From assembly GCA_045612485.1 (NCBI GenBank), contig JAZKZE010000121.1:7337-71336 (forward strand): a DNA stretch of 64,000 nt, written 5' to 3'. Each line of letters opens with the position of its first letter. The stretch's first letter is position 1. This document shows positions 1-10,762 of this stretch, piece by piece. The notes under the pieces were generated by a model. That model had not been told where the DNA came from and made no database searches. It was given only the letters and a program-made list of their open reading frames with translations. Position numbers and translations under genes: made by a program. The stretch is from Victivallales bacterium (lineage in GTDB: Bacteria; Verrucomicrobiota; Lentisphaeria; Victivallales; UBA1829).

Positions 1-922
1 TGATATTTCCTTCAGGGTTCACATAACCACCGGCAACACTTGTACCCATGGAGATACCCAGAACGCTGTTGGAGTTGAGTTCCATGGAACCGGCAAGAGC
101 AGTTACTTCCCCGTCGTTCACCACTTCAAAAGGCACATTCCATTCTTTGGCGATCTCAAGAAAAAGGTCTTTCACCTTTCCTTCAAACTGATCTTCAGGG
201 ATCCCGCGGAAAAGGGAGGCAAGACGGACACGGTTGTTTACATAGACCCCTGCGGAACTTCCGCCGATAGCATCCACTCTGGGCAGTTTTGCAGCGGCAC
301 GTTTGAGGGTATCATTGATCCCGTCTTTATGATAGTTCACATCGCTTTCAAAGTAGGGATCCCAGGGTACTTCTTCACTGAACACGACTTTACCGTCGAT
401 GAGGGCGGCACATTTTCTGTCGGATCCGCCCAGGTCGAAACCGATACGGCATCCTTCCAGATGGCGTCCCAGGGGTTTGGTGGGTTCCTTCGCTGCGGGG
501 GCATCAGCAAGCTCACAGGAAATGATCTGCATTTTATTGCTGTAAATACGGCCCATCATGGCGTAATCGAAAGCCCGTTCCCCTTTTTCAGAGTAGATTT
601 CAGCAATTTTTTCAGCCACTTCGGGAGCACCGGCAATGGTGATCTTGTATCCGCCGCGCATCCACAGAAGTCCTTTCACCAGTCTTTCCACATGACGGAC
701 ATTGGCAGCCATTTCTCCGGCATCGGCTTTATCAAAGACGATGGTGCGGATCACACTTACACTCTCTTCCGTACGTTCCACGGCAATAGCGATCTCTTTG
801 GCTCTGCCGGAGGCGTTGACTTCTTTTTTGAATTCACGGTCCCACAGAACTGCAGGGATAAAATCTTTATCCAGTTCAGGGATCATTCCGCATTTTGCGG
901 CGTTATTGATCTTTGTCAGCAT
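1..922 (-). CDS. ROK/ASKHA-fold sugar kinase-like protein, 3' end cut by the window edge
   Basis: Absent from the ORF track because it runs off the edge. My minus-strand translation from the ATG at 922-920 reads MLTKINNAAKCGMIPELDKDF...GCRIGFDLGGSDRKCAALIDGKVVF...VVNDGEVTALAGS...GISMGTSVAGGYVNPEG. It has the DxGG phosphate-1 motif and a glycine-rich motif typical of actin-fold sugar kinases. The + ORF 329..1063 is its antisense shadow. Confidence 0.6.
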   Translation of the reverse strand, partial: MLTKINNAAKCGMIPELDKDFIPAVLWDREFKKEVNASGRAKEIAIAVERTEESVSVIRTIVFDKADAGEMAANVRHVERLVKGLLWMRGGYKITIAGAPEVAEKIAEIYSEKGERAFDYAMMGRIYSNKMQIISCELADAPAAKEPTKPLGRHLEGCRIGFDLGGSDRKCAALIDGKVVFSEEVPWDPYFESDVNYHKDGINDTLKRAAAKLPRVDAIGGSSAGVYVNNRVRLASLFRGIPEDQFEGKVKDLFLEIAKEWNVPFEVVNDGEVTALAGSMELNSNSVLGISMGTSVAGGYVNPEGNI

Positions 923-1316
923 TTGATGCTCCTTTTTTTACTTTGCAAAATTGCATTTTTTTGTATAAAATTTATTATAAAATACACTTTACAGCCTCTT
1001 TTGTCAACCGTGATTTTACTTTTTCTTTCATATTATGATGCACGATTCTGTTCAGGGATGTAAAAAATATACCCGGCGCAGGAGATAAAATCATCCATTT
1101 TGGATTTTCTGTCCTGCTGTTTCTGCTGCAAAAAAGGAATATTTTCCCGGAAAACAGAAGAAAAAAAGTTTTTTTTTCAAATTTCTTGCAAAAAACAGGA
1201 AAAATTACTTGCTGTTTTTGAAATTGAAAGTATATTTCCATCGTATGAAAACAAGTATACTGGAATATACCCGGATGGAACTGCCGGGATTTCCGGAAAA
1301 TCAAGGAGGTATAACT

Positions 1317-1844
1317 ATGGGCGGATCACCGAAGATCACACTTCTTTCCGAGCAGTTGAGGGGGAAGTCTTTTGAACTGACCAGGGATGTATATACTGTC
1401 GGACGCATTGATGAACGCGATATATGTATCATTGACCCCACGATCAGTACATTTCACTGTACTTTCACAAAGGAAGGCAATACATACATTCTGAGAGATA
1501 ACAACAGTACCAACGGTACCCGGGTCAATAATGTGCCTGTCACCGAACAGGAGTTGCAGAATTCCGACATTATCCAGATGGGAGATGTGGAAATGCTTTA
1601 TTATTGCGAGGAAAAGGCCTCCCAGACCAATACCCGCACTCTTACAGGCATCAATCTTTCCGACAATCTTTCCTCCTCTTCTTCCGTAACGAAAATGGAA
1701 GCCATTTCCCCCAGATCCCTGGACGTGGCAAAAGAGAAGAACAAACATACACAAATTATCATTTTCGGTATTCTCGGAGCATTGGCACTGGCAGTTGTAG
1801 GCGGGATCGTCTGGCTGGCGGTGGAAATGTTCAGCGGAAAATGA
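1317..1844 (+). CDS. FHA-domain protein with a single C-terminal transmembrane anchor
   Basis: ATG at 1317 is preceded by AGGAGG (1304-1309). FHA signature: YTVGRIDERDICIIDPTISTFHCTF...ILRDNNSTNGTRVNN. C-terminal hydrophobic stretch IIIFGILGALALAVVGGIVWLAV. The ORF-track start at 1209 has no RBS. Confidence 0.8.
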   Translation: MGGSPKITLLSEQLRGKSFELTRDVYTVGRIDERDICIIDPTISTFHCTFTKEGNTYILRDNNSTNGTRVNNVPVTEQELQNSDIIQMGDVEMLYYCEEKASQTNTRTLTGINLSDNLSSSSSVTKMEAISPRSLDVAKEKNKHTQIIIFGILGALALAVVGGIVWLAVEMFSGK

Positions 1845-2051
1845 TAAAAAAGAAGTTTTTCCGGTAAGAGATCTGAACATCGCAGGAAATGAACTGTCCT
1901 TACACGCAAGTCGTTTTGCAGGGGGAATCGTTGCATTGATCCCTTGATCAGAAAGAGGAATCAGTGGAAAAAACTGTCTGCAATTTTTCAATAATTATCC
2001 ATGCTCAATACAGTAAACCGCATTACAGCGGAGAAATGAAACAGGATCAAT

Positions 2052-4028
2052 ATGAAAAACACAAAAAATGGAAAAAGCCCGGCATTCGCTGTGGTGATCT
2101 GGGTGCTGATCTTTCTGGCACTGGGGGCTATTTTTATCGCAAGAGCCAATCCCGGACTTATGGGAAGTCAGGAATGGACACAGTCCAGATTTGAAAAAGA
2201 GCTGACACAGAAAAATGTTGTCACAGCCAATATGATGCCCGAATCAGACAATGTCTATTATATCGAAGGAGAATATAAAGTACCTGCAACTCCTGAAAAA
2301 AAGGAAAATACCCTTGACACAAGAAAGAAGTCTGCAAAAAACCAAAAAGCTCCTCTGACCTATTCGGCAAGGGTAATGATGACTCCTGCCATCATGCAGA
2401 ATCTTGCCTCGGCAAAAGTAACTGTCCTCCAGCGGGATGTATGGTGGAAATCCCTTCTTATCCAGTTGATCATCGGCGCAGTAGTCATTGCCTTTATCTA
2501 TTTTCTCATTGCCCGTCAGATGGGCAGAGCCGGCAACGATGCCATGCAGTTCGGCAAGAGCCGCGCAAGGATCATCATGCCTGATGAACACAGAAAAACT
2601 TTTGATGATGTCGCCGGATGCGATGAAGCAAAGGAAGAGACCAAAGAGATCGTGGATTATCTGCGGGATCCTCTCAAATACAAGCTGCTGGGCGGAAAGA
2701 TCCCCAAAGGAGCTTTGCTTGTAGGCCCTCCGGGTACGGGGAAAACTCTTATGGCGAAAGCAGTTGCCGGGGAAGCAAGTGTTCCCTTCTTTGCCATCAG
2801 CGGTTCCGACTTTGTGGAAATGTTTGTAGGTGTGGGGGCAAGCCGTGTGCGGGATATGTTTGAACAGGCAAGAAAAGCCGCCCCCTGTCTTATCTTCATC
2901 GACGAAATCGATGCTGTGGGAAGATCCCGTTTCACCGGGATCGGCGGCGGCCATGATGAACGGGAACAGACTCTGAATGCCCTGCTTGTGGAAATGGATG
3001 GTCTTACCTCTTCTGAAGGAGTGATCCTGCTTGCCGCCACCAACCGGGTGGATGTACTTGACCCCGCCCTGCTGCGTCCCGGCCGTTTTGACAGACAGAT
3101 CGTTATTGATCTTCCCGATATTGCCGGGAGAAGAAAAATCCTGGATGTCCACGCAAAAACAGTGAAACTGGATAAAGATGTGGATCTGGATGTGATCGCA
3201 AGATCCACTCCCGGGTTCAGCGGTGCGGATCTTGCCAATCTGATGAACGAAGCCGCACTCCTTGCCGCAAGATATGAACAGAAAGCCGCCACCCAGAAAG
3301 ATCTGGAAGAAGCCAGGGATAAAGTTTGCTGGGGCAGGGAACGCAAAAGCAGGAAGATCTCCGAAAAGGAACGCCGTCTTACCGCATGGCATGAAGCGGG
3401 ACACGCTATCCTTACCCTGTTCTGTGAACATGCCACACCGCTTCATAAAGTCACCATCATCCCCAGGGGTATGGCACTGGGCATGACCATGATGCTTCCG
3501 GAGGAAGACCGTTATTCCCGTTCCAGACTGGAAATGATCGACGAAATGATCGTGGATATGGGCGGAAGAGTGGCGGAAGAACTGGTATTCGGTGATATTA
3601 CCGGCGGAGCCGCCCAGGACATCAATCAGGCGACAAGCATTGCCCATGCCATGGTATGCAAGTTCGGGATGAGTGAAAAATTGGGTCCTGTACGTTACGG
3701 CAGCCGTTCTGAACATATTTATCTGGGAAAAGATATTACCAGAAGTCAGGAATTCAGTGAAGAGACCGCAAGGGAGATCGACCTGGAAGTGAAAGCCCTT
3801 GTCACTGCCGCCAAAGCAAAAGCAACGGATATTCTTTCAAGGGAAAAGGCAAGAATGGATCTTCTTGCGGAAACATTGCTGGAAAAAGAGACTCTTTCCG
3901 CCGCGGAAGTGCGTCTTCTCCTGGATCTGCCCGCACCTGAAAAGGAGGATGAGGATAAAGAGGAGGCTGCCGCAGCTCCCGCCGGATCTTCTGAAAACAC
4001 AGAAAATACAGAATCTCTTCAGGCATAA
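2052..4028 (+). CDS. ftsH: ATP-dependent zinc metalloprotease FtsH
   Basis: 658 aa with two N-terminal TM segments, Walker A GPPGTGKT, Walker B IIFIDEID, SRH region and the zinc motif HEAGHA. Confidence 0.97.
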   Translation: MKNTKNGKSPAFAVVIWVLIFLALGAIFIARANPGLMGSQEWTQSRFEKELTQKNVVTANMMPESDNVYYIEGEYKVPATPEKKENTLDTRKKSAKNQKAPLTYSARVMMTPAIMQNLASAKVTVLQRDVWWKSLLIQLIIGAVVIAFIYFLIARQMGRAGNDAMQFGKSRARIIMPDEHRKTFDDVAGCDEAKEETKEIVDYLRDPLKYKLLGGKIPKGALLVGPPGTGKTLMAKAVAGEASVPFFAISGSDFVEMFVGVGASRVRDMFEQARKAAPCLIFIDEIDAVGRSRFTGIGGGHDEREQTLNALLVEMDGLTSSEGVILLAATNRVDVLDPALLRPGRFDRQIVIDLPDIAGRRKILDVHAKTVKLDKDVDLDVIARSTPGFSGADLANLMNEAALLAARYEQKAATQKDLEEARDKVCWGRERKSRKISEKERRLTAWHEAGHAILTLFCEHATPLHKVTIIPRGMALGMTMMLPEEDRYSRSRLEMIDEMIVDMGGRVAEELVFGDITGGAAQDINQATSIAHAMVCKFGMSEKLGPVRYGSRSEHIYLGKDITRSQEFSEETAREIDLEVKALVTAAKAKATDILSREKARMDLLAETLLEKETLSAAEVRLLLDLPAPEKEDEDKEEAAAAPAGSSENTENTESLQA

Positions 4029-4046
4029 AAAAGAAACAGGATACGC

Positions 4047-4355
4047 ATGACAAGAGAGGAATTGCTCCTTTGCTGTAAAGACACGAAAGAGGGGGTCATC
4101 ATCTCCTGTCATGTACGTCCCGGTGCATCAAAGACCCAATGTGCCGGACTTTACGGGGAATCCATGAAACTTTCACTGAAAGCCCCGCCTGTGGATGGAA
4201 AGGCCAATAAGGAGCTGTGCCGTTTTTTTGCGGAAAAATGTTCTCTTGCCAAATCTGCGGTGACTCTCGTTTCCGGTCAGACCTCCCGGGAAAAGAAGAT
4301 TCTGCTTTCCGGAACAGTCTTTGAAAAAATATATTCTTTCTTGCTGGAGGAGTAA
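4047..4355 (+). CDS. YggU/DUF167 family small protein
   Basis: 102 aa. VRPGASK...LSLKAPPVDGKANKEL..FFA matches the conserved DUF167 core. Confidence 0.75.
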   Translation: MTREELLLCCKDTKEGVIISCHVRPGASKTQCAGLYGESMKLSLKAPPVDGKANKELCRFFAEKCSLAKSAVTLVSGQTSREKKILLSGTVFEKIYSFLLEE

Positions 4356-4362
4356 AAGTTCT

Positions 4363-5460
4363 ATGCAGGAATATCTTCAGAATACGGAAAATGTTTTCAG
4401 TCATCTCCCTGCGGGCGCAAAAGTCATGGTGGCATTCAGCGGCGGAGTGGATTCTTCGGTTGCGGTACATCTTTGCAAAGAAGCAGGTCTTCAGGTTCAG
4501 GCGGTTTATCTTTCCCTTCTCGGAAAAGAAAATATTCCCTGTGAAAAGCTCCGGCGAGCGGCGGAGAAACTTTCTATCCCGCTGGAAATCCTGGAATATT
4601 CCACCCTTTTTGAAGAAAAGATCATCCGTTACTGCTGGGAGGAATATGCGTCGGCAAGAACTCCCAATCCCTGTGCAAAATGCAATCCGCTTTTCAAATT
4701 CGGCATATTAAGCACCTATGCAAAGGAAAAAGGCTGTTCCGCCCTCGTGACAGGACATTATGCAAGGATCATCCGCAAAGGGAACACGGCAGAATTGCAC
4801 AAGGGGGTATTTTCCCCGAAAGACCAATCCTATTTTCTTTTCGGACTCACAGAAGAACAGCTCAGAATGAGTATATTTCCCCTGGGAAACATGAGCAAGG
4901 AAGAGGTTAAAAAAATCGCATCTTCCCTGGGACTGGAAAGTGCCAAAGCCAAAGAAAGTCAGGATATATGTTTTGCACCTGCCGATTCAGCCCTTTTCGG
5001 AGAATCTCTGCGGGAACGTTTCCACGGGGAGGCGAAATGCGGCTCTTTTCTTTCCCCGGCGGGAAAAGTTCTCGGGAAACATTCCGGTTTGCACCGCTTC
5101 ACCATAGGCCAGAGAAAGGGTACAGGAGTAGCTCTGGGAGTTCCCGCCTATGTGACAAAACTTGATGGAAAAAGCGGAAATATCATCCTGAGTACAGATG
5201 AAAAAGATCTTTTCAGCAAAGAAGCCTTTGCCTTTGCACCTTCCTGGCTCATCAGGGAAGAGGAGAAAAGGAGCCGGTTCTTCTGTGAAGTAAAGATCCG
5301 TTACCGTTCCAGAGCAGTTGCATCGGAAGTCTGCTGCATGGATGATGGAAAAATAAAGATCACCTTTGCCGAACCTCAGCGGGCAGTCACACCGGGTCAG
5401 GCGGCAGTCTTTTATGACGGGGACAGAGTCCTGGGCGGAGCTTTTCTTGCAGAGGAATAA
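4363..5460 (+). CDS. mnmA: tRNA 2-thiouridine(34) synthase MnmA
   Basis: PP-loop VMVAFSGGVDSSV, conserved NPCxxCN segment (TPNPCAKCN), GHYAR and KDQSYFL motifs. I prefer the ATG at 4363 (GGAGGAG 8 nt upstream) over the track's TTG at 4321. Confidence 0.9.
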   Translation: MQEYLQNTENVFSHLPAGAKVMVAFSGGVDSSVAVHLCKEAGLQVQAVYLSLLGKENIPCEKLRRAAEKLSIPLEILEYSTLFEEKIIRYCWEEYASARTPNPCAKCNPLFKFGILSTYAKEKGCSALVTGHYARIIRKGNTAELHKGVFSPKDQSYFLFGLTEEQLRMSIFPLGNMSKEEVKKIASSLGLESAKAKESQDICFAPADSALFGESLRERFHGEAKCGSFLSPAGKVLGKHSGLHRFTIGQRKGTGVALGVPAYVTKLDGKSGNIILSTDEKDLFSKEAFAFAPSWLIREEEKRSRFFCEVKIRYRSRAVASEVCCMDDGKIKITFAEPQRAVTPGQAAVFYDGDRVLGGAFLAEE

Positions 5461-5603
5461 TATTTTCCGGAAAATGTTCCTGCCTGTAAAAATCAATTTT
5501 TTATGCCGTTTTTACTTTTTTTACTGTAAAAAATAGTTCTGAGAGTGTATATTATATAGCGGATACGATACTCATCAAATACATATAAATATTCGGAGAC
5601 GGC

Positions 5604-6644
5604 ATGGAACAGAAAACTACAACAGATCAGAGTTCTCTGTATCCTTTTCTTTTTGTACCGGCGTACGCAGAAAGGATATGGGGCGGAACTCTTCTTACAG
5701 AGAAACTCAACCGTAAACTGCCTGAAAGCAATATGCCTATCGGGGAAGCCTGGGATATTTATGACAGAAAAGAAAGTTCCAGCATTATTGAAAACGGGCC
5801 TCTCAAGGGAAAAACACTTCATGACCTTATGGTAAATCACCGTTTTGAACTTATGGGCAGCAGTTTTTCCGGTGAAACAGGAGATTACTTTCCTCTCATT
5901 GTAAAGATCATTGATTCCGCCCAGAACCTCTCTTTGCAGGTACATCCTTCCGCAGAACATTGCCGTATTCTCGGCAAAGGGGAGGAAAAAAATGAGATGT
6001 GGTATATTCTTCATGCACAGAAAGATGCCAGGATCTATGCCGGATTGAGTCCCATGGTGACAAAAACACAATTTCTGGATTCCCTGGATGCGGATGAAAA
6101 AAAACTGGCATCTCTTTTGCAGACTTTTGATGCCTGTCCCGGCGATGCCTACTTTATCTATGCCGGCAGAATCCATGCCATCGGGGCGGGCGTGCTTCTT
6201 CTGGAGATCCAGCAGAACTCCGATACGACTTACAGAGTAAGTGACTGGGGAAGAGTTGCTCCGGATGGAAGCAGACGGAAACTGCATGTGGCAGAATCCA
6301 TGACATGTATTGATTTCACCGACAGGACAGTGGCACGCATTACCGGAGCAAGCGATGTTTCTTTCCACAACCGGAAATATACCATTCTGGAAAAATGCAA
6401 ATATTTCCAGGTGACAAATCTGAAACTGGTGGAAGAGATCTATATGAATACAAATGAGGGATCAAAATCTTCTTTCCATCTTATTTCCGCGGCAGATCAT
6501 CCGCTGACAGTGGAAACCTCTTCAGCAAGTGTGGATATTCCCGCAGGCCGTACCTGTCTTGTACCGGCATCCGCCGGAAGGTACAGGATCATTCCCCGGA
6601 CAGCAGAAGGGGAAACAGCGGATGTGATCCTCACCAATTGCTGA
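5604..6644 (+). CDS. manA: Class I mannose-6-phosphate isomerase (cupin)
   Basis: 346 aa with the ERIWGG, LSLQVHPS and EMWYIL motifs characteristic of type I PMI. Confidence 0.8.
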   Translation: MEQKTTTDQSSLYPFLFVPAYAERIWGGTLLTEKLNRKLPESNMPIGEAWDIYDRKESSSIIENGPLKGKTLHDLMVNHRFELMGSSFSGETGDYFPLIVKIIDSAQNLSLQVHPSAEHCRILGKGEEKNEMWYILHAQKDARIYAGLSPMVTKTQFLDSLDADEKKLASLLQTFDACPGDAYFIYAGRIHAIGAGVLLLEIQQNSDTTYRVSDWGRVAPDGSRRKLHVAESMTCIDFTDRTVARITGASDVSFHNRKYTILEKCKYFQVTNLKLVEEIYMNTNEGSKSSFHLISAADHPLTVETSSASVDIPAGRTCLVPASAGRYRIIPRTAEGETADVILTNC

Positions 6645-6691
6645 AAACAGAATATTGAACCATTTATATTTTTAAGGATAAGGAAAATACC

Positions 6692-8485
6692 ATGCAATTG
6701 AAATGTATTGACAGACTTCCTGCGGCTCTTGCAAAAGAGTTTCCCGCAGCGGCAGTACCCGCCGATCTTATCATCACTCCTGAACAGTGTCCTGAAGGGA
6801 TGCAGGGGGATATCACCATCAACTGTTTCCGGTTTGCCAGACTTTTCAAAGCTGCACCGGACGCCGTTGCCGCCGCAGTGGAAAAAATACTTGCCGCAGA
6901 TGAAGATGTTAAGGAAGCAGCCAGTGTCAAGGCCTTTGTAAATGTGACTCTGAAAGAGGAAGCTCTCTTCCGTGACACCCTCGCAGATACGGAAAAGATC
7001 TTCAAAGAAGGTTTGCTCCCGGAAGAAAAACGGAAAAAAGTCCTGATCGAATTTTCCGCCCCCAATACCAATAAACCCCAGCATCTGGGACATGTGAGAA
7101 ACAATACTCTGGGAGCCTCCGTAAGTGCCCTTCTTGCCCGTGTCGGGCATGATGTGATCCCGGTGAACCTTGTAAATGACCGTGGTATCCACATTTGCAA
7201 ATCCATGCTTGCCTATGAGCGTTTCGGCAACGGGGCGACTCCGGAAAGTACCGGGATCAAAGGAGACCATCTGGTAGGGGATTTTTATGTAAAATACAAT
7301 GATCTGCTCAAAGAACAGATCACAGAATTGCGGAAAGCCCATCCGGAATTTGCCGATAAGACAGATGAGGAACTTTTCCTTGAAACCGAATGTGGTGCCG
7401 CCGCACAGGAAATGCTGAGAAAGTGGGAAGCAGGCGATGAACAGGTAGTCGCACTCTGGAAAAAGATGAACTCCTGGGTCTTTGACGGATTCAATGCCAC
7501 ATACGAGCGTCAGGGGATCAAGTTCCGGAAAGTCTATCTGGAAAGCAATACCTATCTTCTGGGAAAATCCACCGTTGCTGAAGGTTTGGAAAAAGGAGTT
7601 TTCCAGAAACGGGAAGACGGTGCAGCCATTGCCGATCTGGGCAAACTGGGGACAAAGGTACTGCTGCGTTCTGACGGAACCAGTGTATATATCACCCAGG
7701 ATATCGGTACGACCATGCTCAAATATAATGAGTTCACCCCGGACAGCATGATCTGGGTGGTGGGCGATGAGCAGAACCTTCACTTCCAGATGCTCTTCAA
7801 AATCCTGAAAAGCATGGGCAATGCCTGGGCGGACAGCCTCTATCATCTCTCTTACGGCATGGTCAATCTGCCCACAGGAAAGATGAAGAGCCGTGAAGGA
7901 ACGGTTGTGGATGCAGACGATCTTTTTGATGAGATGCACCGTCTTGCTAAAGAAGCCACTCTTGAACGTGTGGGCGATGATATTCCGGAAGATCTGGAAG
8001 AACGTTCTGAAATCATCGGTATGGGGGCATTGAAGTTCATGCTTCTGAAGATCAATCCCAAAACCACCATGCTTTTCGATCCCAAAGCGTCTTTGAAATT
8101 TGAAGGGGATACAGGTCCCTATGTACAGTATGTATGCGCAAGGATCAACTCCATTTCCAAAAAGGCTGCGGAAAGAAATATTGATATAAGCGGAAATATC
8201 GATTGGAGTTTGCTTTCTTCTCCTGAAGAACACTCTCTTGCCGTATGTGCCGCCCTTTATCCGGAAACATTGAAACTTGCAGCTGAAAAGATGGATTGTT
8301 CCACACTGGTCAATTATCTTCTCAACCTTGCAAAAGCCTTCAACCGTTTTTACAGGGAAAAGCAGGTACTCAATGCAGAAGATCCCAATGTGGCAAAAGC
8401 CCGTCTTGCGGTTTGCTGTGCTGTAAGAGATATTCTTGCGGATGGTTTGAAAACCCTGACGATCGGTATTCCCCAAGCCATGTGA
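6692..8485 (+). CDS. argS: Arginine--tRNA ligase
   Basis: 597 aa with the class I HIGH-type motif NTNKPQHLGHVRN, an ArgRS-like overall pattern and a C-terminal DALR anticodon-binding-like end. Confidence 0.95.
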   Translation: MQLKCIDRLPAALAKEFPAAAVPADLIITPEQCPEGMQGDITINCFRFARLFKAAPDAVAAAVEKILAADEDVKEAASVKAFVNVTLKEEALFRDTLADTEKIFKEGLLPEEKRKKVLIEFSAPNTNKPQHLGHVRNNTLGASVSALLARVGHDVIPVNLVNDRGIHICKSMLAYERFGNGATPESTGIKGDHLVGDFYVKYNDLLKEQITELRKAHPEFADKTDEELFLETECGAAAQEMLRKWEAGDEQVVALWKKMNSWVFDGFNATYERQGIKFRKVYLESNTYLLGKSTVAEGLEKGVFQKREDGAAIADLGKLGTKVLLRSDGTSVYITQDIGTTMLKYNEFTPDSMIWVVGDEQNLHFQMLFKILKSMGNAWADSLYHLSYGMVNLPTGKMKSREGTVVDADDLFDEMHRLAKEATLERVGDDIPEDLEERSEIIGMGALKFMLLKINPKTTMLFDPKASLKFEGDTGPYVQYVCARINSISKKAAERNIDISGNIDWSLLSSPEEHSLAVCAALYPETLKLAAEKMDCSTLVNYLLNLAKAFNRFYREKQVLNAEDPNVAKARLAVCCAVRDILADGLKTLTIGIPQAM

Positions 8486-8507
8486 TTTCTCCGGAATATA
8501 CTTACAG

Positions 8508-8547
8508 AGAGCTGTTGCAGATCACGATTTGCAACAGCTCTTTTTTG
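8508..8547 (+). terminator. Rho-independent terminator after argS
   Basis: Perfect 12-bp stem, agagctgttgca (8508-8519) with tgcaacagctct (8530-8541), a 10-nt loop and a following T6 run. Confidence 0.75.
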
Positions 8548-8699
8548 TGTGCCGTGTAAAAATTCTCACTGTTTTCTTACGCCGGAAAAAGGGGGGAGCA
8601 TAAAGAGCAGGGAAGAAAGTACAGGATTGTCTGCTCCATAAAAAGACACACCTCTTACAACAAATCTGTATTTGTATCCGTATGAAAGCAGCAGGGATT

Positions 8700-9212
8700 T
8701 TATTCCTTCTTTCCGCTGTCCCCTTTATTTTTACGGACATTGCGGAAAAATTCCTGCATAAGGGCTTTACATTGTAATTCCAGTACACCGGATGTGGTTT
8801 CCAACTGATGCAGCATCCCTTTGAATTTTGCCACATTCAGCTCCGAGCCGCCGCAGGCTCCTGAACGGGGATCGGAAAAACCGTAGATCACTCTGCGGAT
8901 CCTGGCATTGACCATCGCTCCGGCACACATGGCGCAGGGTTCTTTAGTCACATATATATCCACATCATCCAACCGCCAATCCCCCACTGCGGCAGCGGCA
9001 CTGGTAAGGGCAAGCAATTCGGCATGGGCGGTGGCATCTTTGAGCATTTCCACCTGATTCCATGCCTTTGCAATGATCATTCCATCCTTTACAGCCACTG
9101 CGCCGACCGGCACTTCCCCTGCTTCAAAGGCACGTTCAGCAAGACGCAAGGCACTGCGCATGAAATATTCATCATTAAAGAGTATGATCTCTCTATCATC
9201 CTTCATATCCAT
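8700..9212 (-). CDS. tadA: tRNA adenosine(34) deaminase TadA
   Basis: 170 aa with the CDA zinc motifs HAELLAL and PCAMCAGA. Confidence 0.9.
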   Translation of the reverse strand: MDMKDDREIILFNDEYFMRSALRLAERAFEAGEVPVGAVAVKDGMIIAKAWNQVEMLKDATAHAELLALTSAAAAVGDWRLDDVDIYVTKEPCAMCAGAMVNARIRRVIYGFSDPRSGACGGSELNVAKFKGMLHQLETTSGVLELQCKALMQEFFRNVRKNKGDSGKKE

Positions 9213-9235
9213 ATTTTTCTTTCCTTGTATAAAGA

Positions 9236-10762
9236 TCAGATCTGCAACATACCGTTGCGCATTTTTTCCACTGCTTCCTCCCCGTACAATGCCCGCATGA
9301 GTCTTACATTCTGCTCATGGAACATTCCGGGATCCGGCCGGGTGATGATCTCCCCTTTGGAAAATTCCAGAAGTCTTTTGCGTTTTACCTGATCTTTCAG
9401 GAATCCTTCCAGATATCTTGCCAGAGTACGGGGACTCAATTCATCAAATTCCTTCTGACCGTATGCCTCCACATAATCAGAAGCGATCACGGAAAGCAGA
9501 TCGGGGGAGATCCGTTCCATTCCTCTGGAGAGGAAAAGATCCCCGATCATCTCCTGACAGCGGATCTCATCGAAAAGCGGGAAGGAAAAAGTCCTGCCCC
9601 GGCTTGCCACATTGGGGGGAAAAGGATAATTGGAGGCGATGATCATAAGAAGATTTTCCGGCAGGGAGGAGGAGCCTCCCACAAAAGTACGGAAAAAATA
9701 CCAATCTATATTTCTCACATCAACATCATCAAAAAAGATCACAAAATCTTTCTCCCGGAACCGGGCAAGGAAGGAAATCATTTCCTCCAGATGTTCTTCC
9801 AGTTCTTCCGGAGAAGGCAGTATGAGAATGAAATCCTTATGGGCAAGGATATGACTGATGGTCATCTGTGTCTTTCCCAGACCGGGCAATCCGCTTATGA
9901 GAAGAGGAAGATTATGCCTTTTTTCCGCAAAAGCCGCCAAATGATTTTCAATAACTTTTTTTGCTTCCTGATAACCGTAAAACTCCTCTTTTCTGCGGAT
10001 GGAAGGCAACTTTACAGGGGTGTAGCTCTCTTTTCTGCAACGGAAAACATTATTCCGGGCAAAAAGCTGATCACGGGTTCTGCCGGAAAGAAGTTCCATG
10101 GCGATAGCCTGTCTGGAGGAGCGGCAGAAAAAAGATTTTTCCGGAATTTCAGAAGTAATGGGCAGAAGTCTTGCAGGATTCCCGCTTTCTGTTCGGGGGG
10201 ATAAGGAAGTATAGGAAGAAAGAAGTTTTGTCAGGGAAGAAGCAAAAAATACAGCATGATCTATGCAAAGCCCCGCAAAAGAATCCTTCCGGGAAAGATC
10301 ACGGAGTTTTTCAGGGGTCAGTTCCACTTTTTTCATCAGAAGGGACAAGGCGTAGAAAAGACAATCATCCAGAGTGCTGCGGAATGAGTGTTCACCATTG
10401 AAAAGTAGAAAAAGATGATTACAGGCATCAATGGAATCCGCCTCCCTGGAGATCGGATACATAAAAACATTCCGTTCTTTTTCCTGTTCCTCGTCCAGTT
10501 TCAGCAGAAAAAGACGCAATGAGGCAAGAAATTTTCCTTCAAAATCCCCCTGACACCTCAAAGAAAATCCTCCATGCGTGCCATCAGTGCTGATCTCTTC
10601 AAAAAGGAAACGGAAGGACGCAAGAAGTGCCTTTACCGGTATATTCAAAGCGGATCCCGGGGTCAATCCCCTGTTTTCTCCGGTATGCAATACACGATTA
10701 TGTATTTTTTTTCTTTCCATGATTCTCCTGGATCTCCTACCGTTACTTTCTGATTTTTCCAT
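9236..10762 (-). CDS. AAA+ ATPase, DUF815-like C-terminal half with an uncharacterised N-terminal domain of about 270 aa
   Basis: Walker A GLPGLGKT, Walker B VIFFDDVD, then the SNYPF segment in the order seen in DUF815/COG2607 ATPases. I recognise nothing in the N-terminal half. The alternative start at 10720 (MERKK) has AGGAG 4 nt upstream. Confidence 0.7.
   Translation of the reverse strand: MEKSESNGRRSRRIMERKKIHNRVLHTGENRGLTPGSALNIPVKALLASFRFLFEEISTDGTHGGFSLRCQGDFEGKFLASLRLFLLKLDEEQEKERNVFMYPISREADSIDACNHLFLLFNGEHSFRSTLDDCLFYALSLLMKKVELTPEKLRDLSRKDSFAGLCIDHAVFFASSLTKLLSSYTSLSPRTESGNPARLLPITSEIPEKSFFCRSSRQAIAMELLSGRTRDQLFARNNVFRCRKESYTPVKLPSIRRKEEFYGYQEAKKVIENHLAAFAEKRHNLPLLISGLPGLGKTQMTISHILAHKDFILILPSPEELEEHLEEMISFLARFREKDFVIFFDDVDVRNIDWYFFRTFVGGSSSLPENLLMIIASNYPFPPNVASRGRTFSFPLFDEIRCQEMIGDLFLSRGMERISPDLLSVIASDYVEAYGQKEFDELSPRTLARYLEGFLKDQVKRKRLLEFSKGEIITRPDPGMFHEQNVRLMRALYGEEAVEKMRNGMLQI

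Noticed and set aside
6497-8476. 659-aa ORF on the minus strand
   Set aside because: Codon-aligned antisense shadow of argS. The same explanation covers 2244..3716 (ftsH), 5493..6368 (manA), 14034..15029 (oxidoreductase), 39358..40377 (GT4) and 329..1063 (sugar kinase).
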